A DNA stretch of 64,000 bases from an uncultured archaeon. Its GTDB lineage: Archaea > Halobacteriota > Archaeoglobi > Archaeoglobales > Archaeoglobaceae. The DNA is taken from contig CAZHOR010000003.1 of NCBI GenBank assembly GCA_964534325.1, positions 16,664 through 80,663 of the forward strand, in the 5' to 3' direction. The translations under genes were made by a program, and so were the position numbers. The notes beneath the pieces were generated by a model, which ran no database searches, was not told the origin of the DNA, and saw only the letters and a list, made by a program, of their open reading frames with translations. Every line of letters begins with the position of its first letter. Positions within the stretch are counted from its first letter, which is position 1. Below are positions 1 to 9,362 of this stretch, piece after piece.

Positions 1-240
1 GCTGTCACCAGCCGATTCGACCCCGCGAAGGACCTTGTCCTGATATCGGATGCGCCCATAGACAGTCTGGACCACTCTACGTACCTACCTAACTTAGGTG
101 GCAAGATGGGCATTGATGCCACTGTAAAGTGGGAGGAAGAAGGATTCCACAGGGAATGGCCCGACGTGGTGGAAATGGATGAAACTACCAGGAAAAAAGT
201 CGATGTAATGTGGAACGACCTCAAAAACCAGTTGTTCTAA
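1..240 (+). CDS. UbiD-family (prFMN-dependent) decarboxylase, C-terminal fragment; 5' end lies outside the window
   Basis: Frame 1 is open from base 1 to TAA at 238-240. The translation RFDPAKDLVLISDAPIDSLDHSTYLPNLGGKMGIDATVKWEEEGFHREWPD resembles the conserved C-terminal block of UbiD-type decarboxylases. It is absent from the ORF track because it has no start codon. Confidence 0.6.
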   Translation, partial: AVTSRFDPAKDLVLISDAPIDSLDHSTYLPNLGGKMGIDATVKWEEEGFHREWPDVVEMDETTRKKVDVMWNDLKNQLF

Positions 241-253
241 TTTTATTTGCTCT

Positions 254-562
254 TTAGAGCATGCAGATAATGTGGGGTATCATCTCATCACCTTGGGGAT
301 TGTACCCCCCTCTTGGCCCCTCAAAGTTATCTTCCCCTAATTCAAGATCAGTGATAAGGCTCACAATGAATGTCTTCCATCCTTCATTTTCCCCGCTCTC
401 ACTATGACCTGATACCTGATAAGCTCTCAACTTTTTCTCTTCCTTTCTATCATATCCAAAAGCATGGGGTTCTATAATTCGCTCCCCACCACCTCTGTAA
501 ACCATTCTCATTCTTCTCATCTCATCAATAGCCCGGCATATCAGCTCATCTTCTGAGGTCAT
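254..562 (-). CDS. Small hypothetical protein, possibly a WYL/SH3-like beta-barrel domain
   Basis: 102-aa ORF with the pattern MVYRGGGERIIEPHAFGY...KLRAYQVSGHSESGENEGWKTF, reminiscent of small WYL-like ligand-binding domains. The family assignment is tentative. Confidence 0.45.
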   Translation of the reverse strand: MTSEDELICRAIDEMRRMRMVYRGGGERIIEPHAFGYDRKEEKKLRAYQVSGHSESGENEGWKTFIVSLITDLELGEDNFEGPRGGYNPQGDEMIPHIICML

Positions 563-722
563 TCAATCAAATCTGGTTTTGACGTGGGATAAATGTAACT
601 CATGTCTATTCTATTCACTAACCCGTTTTGGTATGGTATAGAGTGTGATGTGAATGGTTTGTATGGTCATTTTGTGGTGAAAAACCTCAAAATATATTTA
701 CTTTAACCAATAGTTTGGTGTG

Positions 723-3134
723 ATGGCCGAGTATATCTCCCACCCTTTGATAAAGGATAAGTCCATTGAAAGGAGGTCTTATCAGGTTTCTGTTGCTGCC
801 ACGGCCTTAATGCGCAACACCCTTGTTGTGCTTCCCACGGGTTTGGGCAAGACCATTGTGGCAGCCTTCGTTATAGGCTCTCGTTTGCATAACGCTGGTG
901 GGAGAGCTGTTTTTCTGGCGCCGACCAAACCTCTTGTTGAGCAGCACGCCGTTTTTCTACGAAGGGTTTTGAATCTTGACCCGGAGGAGATAATCTCTTT
1001 GAGCGGGGAGACGCCACCTGAGAAGAGAGTTGAGATGTGGAACTCGGCTTCCATCATAGTCTCCACTCCCCAGGTCGTTGAAAACGATATCATAGCGGGA
1101 AGAATAGATCTTCAGGATGTGACCCACCTCACCATCGATGAGGCCCACAGGGCAGTGGGTAACTACGCCTACGTCTTCATAACCAGAAACTACTTCCAGC
1201 AGAGCGAAAACCCTCTTGTTCTGGCCATAACTGCGTCACCGGGTAGCGATGTGGAGAGGATACAGGAGGTAATGGAAAACCTGGGTATTGAAGATATTGA
1301 GATCAGAACAGATTTCGATGAGGACGTTAAGCCCTACGTCCAGGAAAAGGAGATACAGTGGATAAAGGTGGACATGCCTCCGGAGTTAAAGAAGGTTCGC
1401 CAGCTGTTCCAGGACGTCCTCAAGAGCAGGTACAAGAGGTTGAGGGATCTGGACATCGATCTGGACATTGAGAACGCGTCAAAAAAGGAGTTGCTTGCTA
1501 TACAGGAAACACTACAGGCTGAAGCTGTGGAGTCAGGGGACAGCAGGTACTATGAGGCGGTATCTATTGTGGCGGAAGTGATGAAGATAATGCATGCCGT
1601 GGAGCTTATAGAGACCCAGGGATTGGACTCCCTCAAACAGTACCTCAAGAAATTGATGTCGGAGGCCAGATCAAGGGGAAGCAGTAAGGCCGCCAGAAAG
1701 GTCGCACAGGACACCACATTCAGAACTGCTGTTATGAAGGCCAGCAGCTGTAAGGTTAATCATCCCAAATTGCAGAAGCTCAAAGAGTTCGTCAGTGAAG
1801 AGCTAAAAGAAAACCCGGACTCCAGGATCATAGTTTTCTCCAATTTCCGGGATACTGCTGAACTCCTTTCGAAAGAGCTGGAGAAAATGGAAGGGGTTTC
1901 GGTCTCCAAGTTCATTGGTCAGGCGAGAAGAGCGAACGAGAAGGGTATGGGCCAAAAACAGCAGATAGAGATACTGGACAGGTTCCGGGAAGGAGAGATC
2001 AATGTTCTGGTATCCACTTCAGTGGGCGAGGAGGGATTGGATATCCCTGCCACCGATCTGGTTATTTTCTTTGAAGCCATACCCTCTGAGATAAGGGCTA
2101 TACAGCGAAGAGGGAGAACCGGCAGGTCAAGGAAGGGGAAGATAATTGTGCTTTTGACCAAAGGGACCAGAGATGAGGGATACTACTGGTCCAGCTTCAG
2201 GAAGGAGAGATCAATGTTCTCCCAGCTATACCAGCTCCGTGACACTCTGGTAAGAAGAGTTCAGGCCAATCAATCACAATCTCAATCGCATTCTTTATCG
2301 CCGCATCAGAGAAACCTTCAGGACTTTTCTACGTCACAAGGAGCTCAACTGGATCAGCAGGGAGAGGTAGAGTTCTCCAGAACTCCTTCCATACAGGTTT
2401 ACGCTGATTCCAGAGAGGCTAAGTCTGGAGTGGTGAAAAAGCTGTTCGACATGGGTGTAGGGATAAACACTGGCAATCTTGAGGTAGCAGATTACGTGCT
2501 AAGTGACCGGGTTGCGGTGGAGAGGAAGTCAGTGGATGACTTTATTGAGAGCCTTATCAAGAAGGAGAAGCTATTTAACCAGCTCTTCAGACTGAAAAGG
2601 TCTTATTATAAACCCATCCTGTTGATCGAAGGCGATAATATTTACAAGAGGGCCGTGAATCCCAATGCCGTCAGAGGGGCTCTGGCGGCCATAACCATAG
2701 ATATGGGCATACCCATCCTGTTCACCAGATCGCCTGATGAAACTGCGGATATGCTGGCATCCATAGCTTCCAGAGAACAAAAATACAAGCATAGAGAAGC
2801 TTCACCGCACGCAGATAAATCCAAAAGATCTCTTCAGGAGCAGCAGGAGTATGTGGTGGCAGCCATATCGAACATAGGCCCGGTTATAGCCAAAAACCTT
2901 CTAGAGCACTTCGGAACAGTGGAAGCAATAGTCAACGCCAGTGAGGAAGAGCTGGTAAAAGTTTCCAACGTAGGTAAAAAGACAGCCGAAAGAATCAAGG
3001 AGCTATTGACCACACCCTACGAAGAAAGTGAAGGAGAATACAGCTATAATGAAGAATATGGTGGCTATGAAAGCCAAGGTAACCAATCCGAGAGCAAGTT
3101 GGAGAGCCAACCTCAAAACCAGTCCGAAAGTTAA
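723..3134 (+). CDS. hef: Hef (helicase-associated endonuclease for fork-structured DNA), XPF/ERCC4 family
   Basis: N-terminal SF2 helicase motifs (LPTGLGKT Walker A, DEAH as IDEAH, TASPG, QRRGRTGR). C-terminal ERCC4 nuclease domain (ADYVLSDRVAVERKSVDDF) followed by an HhH2 tail (GPVIAKNLLEHFG...VSNVGKKTAERI). The ATG at 723 follows GGTG; a GTG at 720 is also possible. Confidence 0.9.
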   Translation: MAEYISHPLIKDKSIERRSYQVSVAATALMRNTLVVLPTGLGKTIVAAFVIGSRLHNAGGRAVFLAPTKPLVEQHAVFLRRVLNLDPEEIISLSGETPPEKRVEMWNSASIIVSTPQVVENDIIAGRIDLQDVTHLTIDEAHRAVGNYAYVFITRNYFQQSENPLVLAITASPGSDVERIQEVMENLGIEDIEIRTDFDEDVKPYVQEKEIQWIKVDMPPELKKVRQLFQDVLKSRYKRLRDLDIDLDIENASKKELLAIQETLQAEAVESGDSRYYEAVSIVAEVMKIMHAVELIETQGLDSLKQYLKKLMSEARSRGSSKAARKVAQDTTFRTAVMKASSCKVNHPKLQKLKEFVSEELKENPDSRIIVFSNFRDTAELLSKELEKMEGVSVSKFIGQARRANEKGMGQKQQIEILDRFREGEINVLVSTSVGEEGLDIPATDLVIFFEAIPSEIRAIQRRGRTGRSRKGKIIVLLTKGTRDEGYYWSSFRKERSMFSQLYQLRDTLVRRVQANQSQSQSHSLSPHQRNLQDFSTSQGAQLDQQGEVEFSRTPSIQVYADSREAKSGVVKKLFDMGVGINTGNLEVADYVLSDRVAVERKSVDDFIESLIKKEKLFNQLFRLKRSYYKPILLIEGDNIYKRAVNPNAVRGALAAITIDMGIPILFTRSPDETADMLASIASREQKYKHREASPHADKSKRSLQEQQEYVVAAISNIGPVIAKNLLEHFGTVEAIVNASEEELVKVSNVGKKTAERIKELLTTPYEESEGEYSYNEEYGGYESQGNQSESKLESQPQNQSES

Positions 3135-3180
3135 CTGTAAACTAAATTGAGACTAATTGGGGCCTAATTAAGTAAATGTG

Positions 3181-3810
3181 CTAACCTATTCCAGCCATTT
3201 TTTCTTCCAATCCGGTGAAAACGAATTCGACTGCTATTGCTGCCAGGAATATCGCCATCAATCTGGCTATTATGTTGGAGCCGCTGCTGCCAAGGTATCG
3301 TATCACCAGGTGACTGTACATGTGGGTCAATCTGGCGATGCCATATACTGCGACTATGGATAGTATAACCACTCCTCTCATTATCAGATCGGTTGCCTCG
3401 TTTGCCAGCACTATTGTACCCGTGATGGCTCCCGGTCCAGTATAGAGTGGTATGGCGATGGGAAATATTGCCAGAGAATCTGCATCTGTCTCTGTAGCGT
3501 CACTACTGGTGTAAGTATCCCTCCTGCTTCCCAATAGTATGTCTATGGCTATAACGAATAGGAGTATCCCACCAGCAATCCTCAGGCTGTTGATGGAGAT
3601 ATTGAAGAACTCCAAAAATAATTTACCGGCCAGAGCAAATACTATCAGGATGGAACAACCTAATAAAACGGATTTTTTAGATACAGCCTCCCTGAATTCT
3701 GCACCAAATCTCTCCGTGAGAGCCAGAAATGATGGAATGTTTCCCGGAGGGTCCACAAGAACAAAAGTAGTGGTGAATGATGCAATGAAAAAGCTTATAT
3801 AGTGTTCCAT
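3181..3810 (-). CDS. MarC-family (UPF0056) integral membrane protein
   Basis: 209 aa with about 6 TM helices. The N-terminal motif FVLVDPPGNIPSFLALT is typical of the MarC family. Confidence 0.75.
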   Translation of the reverse strand: MEHYISFFIASFTTTFVLVDPPGNIPSFLALTERFGAEFREAVSKKSVLLGCSILIVFALAGKLFLEFFNISINSLRIAGGILLFVIAIDILLGSRRDTYTSSDATETDADSLAIFPIAIPLYTGPGAITGTIVLANEATDLIMRGVVILSIVAVYGIARLTHMYSHLVIRYLGSSGSNIIARLMAIFLAAIAVEFVFTGLEEKMAGIG

Positions 3811-3866
3811 GGCTTCCCTGTCCTCCCACCATCGATCTTATTCGACCTGCAACGACATTATATTAG

Positions 3867-4865
3867 CTATCCGGATTTGAACTTTTTGACCGCCTCACTT
3901 ACGTTGCTCAGCAGTTGGGCAGCTATTTCCTGGGTGGGAAAACTGAAGAGGCCGCAATCCGGACCCGTATAGGCCATCCTTTCTCCGAATATTCCGTATG
4001 CGTTCTGAAGCCTTTTGAGAATTACTTCTGGGCTCTCGATCTCGTTTATGGCATCGCTCATCAACTCAGTGTCCTGCCAGGCGTTGACCCCGTGGCGTTG
4101 ATTGTATTCGGCGAAGATGTTGTCGATATCGCTTCTGGCCACGCCTATTCTCAACTTCTTATCGAATGCGTCCAGATCCTCGATGTCTATAGCATCCATT
4201 ATCTCCGGCTCTTTGGCAGCTTCAACTCCCAGAACATTGACCACTTCGAGCTCCAGAAATGAAGTGTAGAATAAAGAGGAATGAAGGTGTATCTGGATAT
4301 CGCAATTGAGGTTGAAGTGTCTCAAGGCCCTCTCTAATTGCTCTTTGGTGGGCTGGATCTCCGGATTGGTTCCCAGACTCGGCTCATCTATACTGATAGC
4401 CTTTACATTGAGTCCAGAGTTTATGGCGTTCTTGGCGAACCTGAATAGGGAGAGGGAGATGTTCTCTATTATGTCGTCATAAATGACTCCGCCGAACTCC
4501 TTGTAGTACAGCTCGAAGGGACCTGTTATGCATACCCTGATGGGGCCATCGTATCTTATGTCCACCAGCGGCTTCAATTCGGGTATTACAGCAGCTCGAG
4601 GGGAGACCAGATAAGCGTCTTCCTGAAGTTCGGGGTTCTGTATAATGTCCGCGAACTGGTTGACCATTTCTTGGAACTGAGGATAGGTAGGGCACTCCAC
4701 CCCGGCTTTCGTCTTCATTAAAAAGGCTCTTTGAACCATTTCCTCATATTCTTTGGTGTTCACATTGTTTTCAACCCATTCCCTATCGATTCCGTGAGGA
4801 AGAGGGAAACTACCGATGTCATCGTACAACATATCAATCACACTCTTATCTTTACTCGTTCTCAC
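3867..4865 (-). CDS. Cobalamin-independent methionine synthase (MetE C-terminal domain)-like / UROD-MetE superfamily protein
   Basis: 332 aa. N-terminal DDIGSFPLP and C-terminal YTGPDCGL motifs resemble archaeal short MetE homologs. The usual HxC zinc motif reads IHLHS here, so the exact activity is uncertain. Confidence 0.5.
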   Translation of the reverse strand: MRTSKDKSVIDMLYDDIGSFPLPHGIDREWVENNVNTKEYEEMVQRAFLMKTKAGVECPTYPQFQEMVNQFADIIQNPELQEDAYLVSPRAAVIPELKPLVDIRYDGPIRVCITGPFELYYKEFGGVIYDDIIENISLSLFRFAKNAINSGLNVKAISIDEPSLGTNPEIQPTKEQLERALRHFNLNCDIQIHLHSSLFYTSFLELEVVNVLGVEAAKEPEIMDAIDIEDLDAFDKKLRIGVARSDIDNIFAEYNQRHGVNAWQDTELMSDAINEIESPEVILKRLQNAYGIFGERMAYTGPDCGLFSFPTQEIAAQLLSNVSEAVKKFKSG

Positions 4866-6126
4866 TCTTTAAATCCATTATCTGTGCCCAGGAGATCTTG
4901 GGGTCGATGGTGTTCTCATCCAGCTCCAGAGTCTCTTTGGCATTCCAAACGATCTCAAAGAACTCTTTTGCCTGCTTGGCGAGCTCTTCGTTCTCAGCCC
5001 AGTATCCTGACTCGTAGTTCTCCCATAATCCTGTCTGAGTGAAATTGGCCGTGGTGACCAGCACCTTGCTCTCATCTACGACCACCAGTTTGGCGTGGAT
5101 ATTATCGTTTATCCTCACGGTCCCGGGCTCGAACATCTCCAGAAATCTTCTCAGGGTAAAGAGCTGCTTCCTGTCGTCCACCACGTCTTCCACGTTCCTG
5201 AAGTTCCTTCTCTCGTAACTGGGCCAGGTAATGATCCTAACCTTAACACCCTCCGCGATAAGTGGTTTCAACTCTGCAGTAAGCCAGTCAGTATAATAGA
5301 TGTGTGGAGAGGCGATGAGGACTTCATTCTTCGCGTTCCTCAAAACCTCTCTTAGCTTGGAAACAATGTCTCCTCCCCACGGTGTGCCCATGAGGATCTT
5401 CATCTTTTTGTATTTCTCCTCTGATCTATGTGACATGATGAATAGGGCAATGAATGCCCCCACTATGAGGAAACCCCCAAGTATGTTGAGGGTCATGAAA
5501 TTAAGCATTTTCTCGAACTCCAACACTGCCACCACTTGATTCTTGGGATTGATAAAGTTCCAGGAGATCTCTTCTACACTGTTATAAGGGGTGTAGGATA
5601 TCTGGGAGTTGGAGCTAACAGATGTGATCTTATAGGCAGTGAAGAAGTCCTGAGGGAAATCGACCGACATCTGTATTTCATCCACAGGTAATCCTAAGGA
5701 GATGAAGTACTCCGGATACTCCACCGCATAGAACCTGTAGCTGTTCTCTCCTAATCTATCGGTCACTCCCCTAACTTCACCTTCTATGGTCACAGTGTAT
5801 TCCTCATAGGGCGAAAGGACTTTATCAATATTCAGGAACAACACTTTAGTCCCGTTCATGTCCCTGAAAGTGGATTCCACATAACCTGCAGGCTTATCAG
5901 TTACCTTAGGTTCTTCTACAAAGGTCCTCATGGGAATGCTCAAGGAAAGCTTGGAAGCGTTACCGGCAGTGTTCTTGAACTTCAAGGTAAAAGTATCTTT
6001 AACCTCGTCAGTAGAAATGAACTTATAATTGGCCTGTATACTAACTGTCGTATCCTGCGCACTGCAGGAGCCAGCCAGACCAAATAATATTATGAAGGAA
6101 ACCAGTATTAACCAGATTTTTTTCAC
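4852..6126 (-). CDS. Membrane-anchored protein with an extracytoplasmic N-terminal domain and a cytoplasmic single-HKD phospholipase D / Nuc-like domain
   Basis: Signal peptide MKKIWLILVSFIILFGLAGSCSA, then about 200 aa of beta-rich ectodomain. One TM helix (LNILGGFLIVGAFIALFIMS) is followed by basic residues. An HKD motif HAKLVVVDESKVLVTTANFT is encoded at 5044-5097. Confidence 0.7.
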   Translation of the reverse strand: MKKIWLILVSFIILFGLAGSCSAQDTTVSIQANYKFISTDEVKDTFTLKFKNTAGNASKLSLSIPMRTFVEEPKVTDKPAGYVESTFRDMNGTKVLFLNIDKVLSPYEEYTVTIEGEVRGVTDRLGENSYRFYAVEYPEYFISLGLPVDEIQMSVDFPQDFFTAYKITSVSSNSQISYTPYNSVEEISWNFINPKNQVVAVLEFEKMLNFMTLNILGGFLIVGAFIALFIMSHRSEEKYKKMKILMGTPWGGDIVSKLREVLRNAKNEVLIASPHIYYTDWLTAELKPLIAEGVKVRIITWPSYERRNFRNVEDVVDDRKQLFTLRRFLEMFEPGTVRINDNIHAKLVVVDESKVLVTTANFTQTGLWENYESGYWAENEELAKQAKEFFEIVWNAKETLELDENTIDPKISWAQIMDLKSENE

Positions 6127-6220
6127 GTAATAAAAACCTGATATGATGTTTAAAGGTTTTCCGCATAATTTTCAGCAAAACTTAAATTTGTGACCATTAA
6201 GGGATAAAAAGGTGATTACT

Positions 6221-6502
6221 ATGGCAGATGAGCAGACAATCTTTATAGGAAACAAACCGGTAATGAGCTACGTGCTAGCTGCAATGGCTCAGTTGAACGA
6301 AGGCGACGGGGAGATCGTAATAAAAGCAAGAGGCAGAGCAATTGGACGGGCTGTGGACGTTGCAGAAGTGATAAGGAACAGATTCATGCCCAACGTTGGA
6401 GTCAGAGATATCAAGGTAGACACAGAAGAACTACCATCGGAGCAGGGTAACACGGTAAACGTCTCTACCATCGAAATAGCACTGGAAAAACAGGCGAGTT
6501 AG
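6221..6502 (+). CDS. albA: Chromatin protein Alba (DNA/RNA-binding)
   Basis: [25 protein letters not shown]...[24 protein letters not shown] is the canonical Alba fold signature. AGGTGA lies upstream of the ATG at 6221. Confidence 0.9.
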   Translation: MADEQTIFIGNKPVMSYVLAAMAQLNEGDGEIVIKARGRAIGRAVDVAEVIRNRFMPNVGVRDIKVDTEELPSEQGNTVNVSTIEIALEKQAS

Positions 6503-6544
6503 AAGACAGAACCCAGAACCCGCAAACATTCAGCACATTCAGTA

Positions 6545-6575
6545 GTTGCCAGCAACATACCTGGCAACTTTTATT
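6545..6575 (+). terminator. Hairpin plus T-tract downstream of alba
   Basis: Perfect 8-bp stem gttgccag / ctggcaac with an 8-nt loop (6545-6568), followed by ttttatt. Confidence 0.4.
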
Positions 6576-6649
6576 CATTATTTAAAAACTTGGTTTGATC
6601 ATTTGTTCATTTCTTGGGGAAAGGTTAGCTCCATAAAAAGTTAGAAAAG

Positions 6650-7235
6650 TCAATAGCTTTTGTTGGGTCTTGTTTGTCGAAGGCATCCTTCTATGTCCTC
6701 TATTTCGCGGGAGTATCTTCTGCATACTTCCAGGGCGAGCTGTTTTGGGTCTTCGTATCCTATTTCCTTTAGTGATGCATAATCATCGCTTTCCACGTTC
6801 AGGCCAAAGTGGATTTTGGCTGAAACTGGAGATATTGTCACTGTGCTCACGGATAGTTTCTTTCCGTTCCAGAAGAGGTCGCATCCTTTTCTGGAGATCT
6901 CGCAGTGCTCATCGATAATCTCCTGCACCACACAGGCAAGAAATCTTTGTCTGGTGCACAAGAGTCTGAGGCTGACCTCATCGAAATGCTCAACAATGAA
7001 GTGAAGCATTTGTGGAGAGTATATTTTTTGTTGCAAGATTGTGTTCTGGGGGAGAGTATATTTTTTGTTGCAAGATTGTGTTCTGGGAGTCAACTTGTGC
7101 ATCATTCTTGATATTGCATGTTCCAACGAAGGAGATAATACTATCTTCCTTTACACCTGTTTCATAGTACGCCCACAACGATTTGATCTGAGAACCATCA
7201 TACCCCAACTCAGAATCGATAAACACCCAATCCAT
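6650..7235 (-). pseudogene. Conserved archaeal small protein (DUF366-like) split by a 37-bp tandem duplication
   Basis: ORFs 6990-7235 and 6650-7126 overlap. Both encode QNTILQQKIYSP from the two repeat copies in different frames. Deleting one 37-bp copy fuses them into a single 182-aa ORF (MDWVFIDSELGYDGSQIKSLWAYY...SPQMLHFIVEHFDEVSLRLLCTRQR...). Confidence 0.65.
7014..7087. repeat. Exact 37-bp tandem direct duplication (2 copies)
   Basis: ggagagtatattttttgttgcaagattgtgttctggg occurs at 7014-7050 and again at 7051-7087 with no mismatch. Confidence 0.97.
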
Positions 7236-7599
7236 CTACACTACGGCCAGAACAATAATATTTAAGTATTCTGATTTTTAATATTTATTCGGCACAAAAA
7301 TAAAGTAATTGTATTTCTAATATTAAACTCACATAATCTCCGGTATGGAGAATGAATGTCAATTGACGGTATTCAATATCTCTAACTACCGCACCTCTGA
7401 GCATGTCACCTCTGGAAGTCGTTAAATATTTTGAATTGGTAATTACTAACCTAACCATCATATTCGGCTTCCCATTCTGTCGTTAACTATTTAAATTGAG
7501 ATTGTTTTATTGAGTTACATCGACCGAAATGAGCCGTTCGGCTCCGGCAGATCAAAAGTTCGTGTAAGATAGATTGAAGAACAGATCAAGGTGATATTC

Positions 7600-7977
7600 A
7601 TGCTTTGGCAGGGAAGAAGTAATAGAACTCATACTGGAAAACTACTCAGGTCCGCGAGAAGGAAGAGAAAATTTGAGATGGGCGGAAAACAGGTAGAGAC
7701 GCTTATCGGGGAAAGAAAGTTAAAGCCGAGGAGGACAAAAGGCGGTAGGAATAAGCTCAAGCTCTTCAGAGAAAGCCACGCTAACGTATTCCTTCCTTCA
7801 GAAAATAAGATGGTAAAATCCGAAATAAAGAATGTGGTGGAGAACCTTGCTCACGTTCACTACTCCAGAAGAAATGTGGTGACCAGAGGAGCCTTAATCG
7901 AGACCGAGGCTGGAAAGGCGAGAGTGACCAGCAGACCCAGCCAGGATGGAGTAGTCAACGCCGTTCTGGAGCAATAA
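7600..7977 (+). CDS. rps8e: 30S ribosomal protein S8e
   Basis: MLWQGRSNRTHTGKLLRSARRKRKFEMGG is the canonical S8e N-terminus. AAGGTGAT lies 5-7 nt upstream of the ATG at 7600. Confidence 0.9.
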   Translation: MLWQGRSNRTHTGKLLRSARRKRKFEMGGKQVETLIGERKLKPRRTKGGRNKLKLFRESHANVFLPSENKMVKSEIKNVVENLAHVHYSRRNVVTRGALIETEAGKARVTSRPSQDGVVNAVLEQ

Positions 7978-8076
7978 TACTGCTCTTACCTTCTTTTAAT
8001 TCGCTCTTGTTTCCCTCGTTTTGTTCTAATATTTAGTTCTATTTATTTCTAAAATAAAAAATGGAGTAAGGTAATT

Positions 8077-9213
8077 TCAGGTAACTATCTCTTTCAGCCT
8101 GTCCTCTTTGAGGGCTTTTTCTATCTCCATCATGGACAGGTCCAGTGGGTCCTCAATGGTTCTGTTGTGCTTGAGGCTGAGGTTCCTCATTTCGGGGGAG
8201 GTGGGTCCGATGGCCGGGTCACCGGGGACCCTGGGGGAGACATCGAAGACAACGAACTCCAGCTTCCCCTGAGGGGAATATGCCATAGCACCTTGCAGTC
8301 CGAACATCCCTATCATACCCGGAGAGTACTCTTTCTGGGTGACTTCAATGAATCTTTCAGCCGAGTCGTAGGCCAGGTCCTGCTTGCTTTCTCTCATGGT
8401 AACTCCAAAATGACCGATCTCCTCGTTCTTTACTCCCACATCGATCTTGAGCTGGTCTCTGGCGGGGAGGTTCAGGAATCCCTGTAGATTTACCTGTCTT
8501 CTGTCCGAGAAGCCCACGAAGTCGAAGTCACCGAAAGAGTCCTTGAGGGCGTAGCTGTGGAAGTTGGCGTTGAACCTGGCTCCCAGCACGTATTCCTCGA
8601 TCCGTGCCTCTTTCAGGCCCTCCTCATTTATTATGTCCTGTTCAAGCAGTGCCTCGGCCTGCTGGTGATAGTCTTTGGGAGAGGAGGCGTAAAAGAATGC
8701 CCTCTCCAGTGGGTTGTCTGCCTGCTGGACTTTGACCACCACAAGCCTGTCGATCTCTTCCGGGGAGTTGAATTCCCGGGGGATTCTTATTCCCGCTTCT
8801 TTCATCAAATAATATTGACCCTTCTCATAGCTGCGCTCTTCAGCTCTGAGCATGAACCTGTTACCGTACACAGGAACCTTGAAATCGTTCTCTATCCCAT
8901 CATATCCCACATAGACCGCAAAGCTCCTGTTGGGAATGAATACAGTGTTTAAGTCGAGCAACTGCTCCTGCACTTCTTTATGGAGTAAGTCCTTAAACGA
9001 GTCGAGCTCAATTACTTCATCATACAGGTGAGAGTTATATTTGGTGTAAAGCTTGTCCCTGCCCTTCTGAACGATTATGGCCGTCTTGAAGCCCCACGCC
9101 TTGGCGGCGATGCCGGTCTCTTTCCCAGAATGAGAGCCGAATATACCAATAGTTACGTCGTTATAATCATTTGCCACTTCCTTCACTTCTTGAGTAGTTT
9201 TATTCATAAACAA
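8077..9213 (-). CDS. purP: 5-formaminoimidazole-4-carboxamide ribonucleotide (FAICAR) synthetase PurP
   Basis: 378 aa with an ATP-grasp type fold. IGIFGSHSGKETGIAAKAWGFKT and GMFGLQG motifs are typical of archaeal PurP. Confidence 0.85.
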   Translation of the reverse strand: MFMNKTTQEVKEVANDYNDVTIGIFGSHSGKETGIAAKAWGFKTAIIVQKGRDKLYTKYNSHLYDEVIELDSFKDLLHKEVQEQLLDLNTVFIPNRSFAVYVGYDGIENDFKVPVYGNRFMLRAEERSYEKGQYYLMKEAGIRIPREFNSPEEIDRLVVVKVQQADNPLERAFFYASSPKDYHQQAEALLEQDIINEEGLKEARIEEYVLGARFNANFHSYALKDSFGDFDFVGFSDRRQVNLQGFLNLPARDQLKIDVGVKNEEIGHFGVTMRESKQDLAYDSAERFIEVTQKEYSPGMIGMFGLQGAMAYSPQGKLEFVVFDVSPRVPGDPAIGPTSPEMRNLSLKHNRTIEDPLDLSMMEIEKALKEDRLKEIVT

Positions 9214-9362
9214 CCCTCCACCGGTCTGGACATCCAGTTGTTAGATATTTTTTGCCCTTTCACATAGACCACTTTTACAGTTGGAACAGTTGTACAGTTG
9301 GACTCGAGTCTCGAATCTGTGGTATTAAACTTAACCATAACCAAACCCATAATCAAGCGGGA

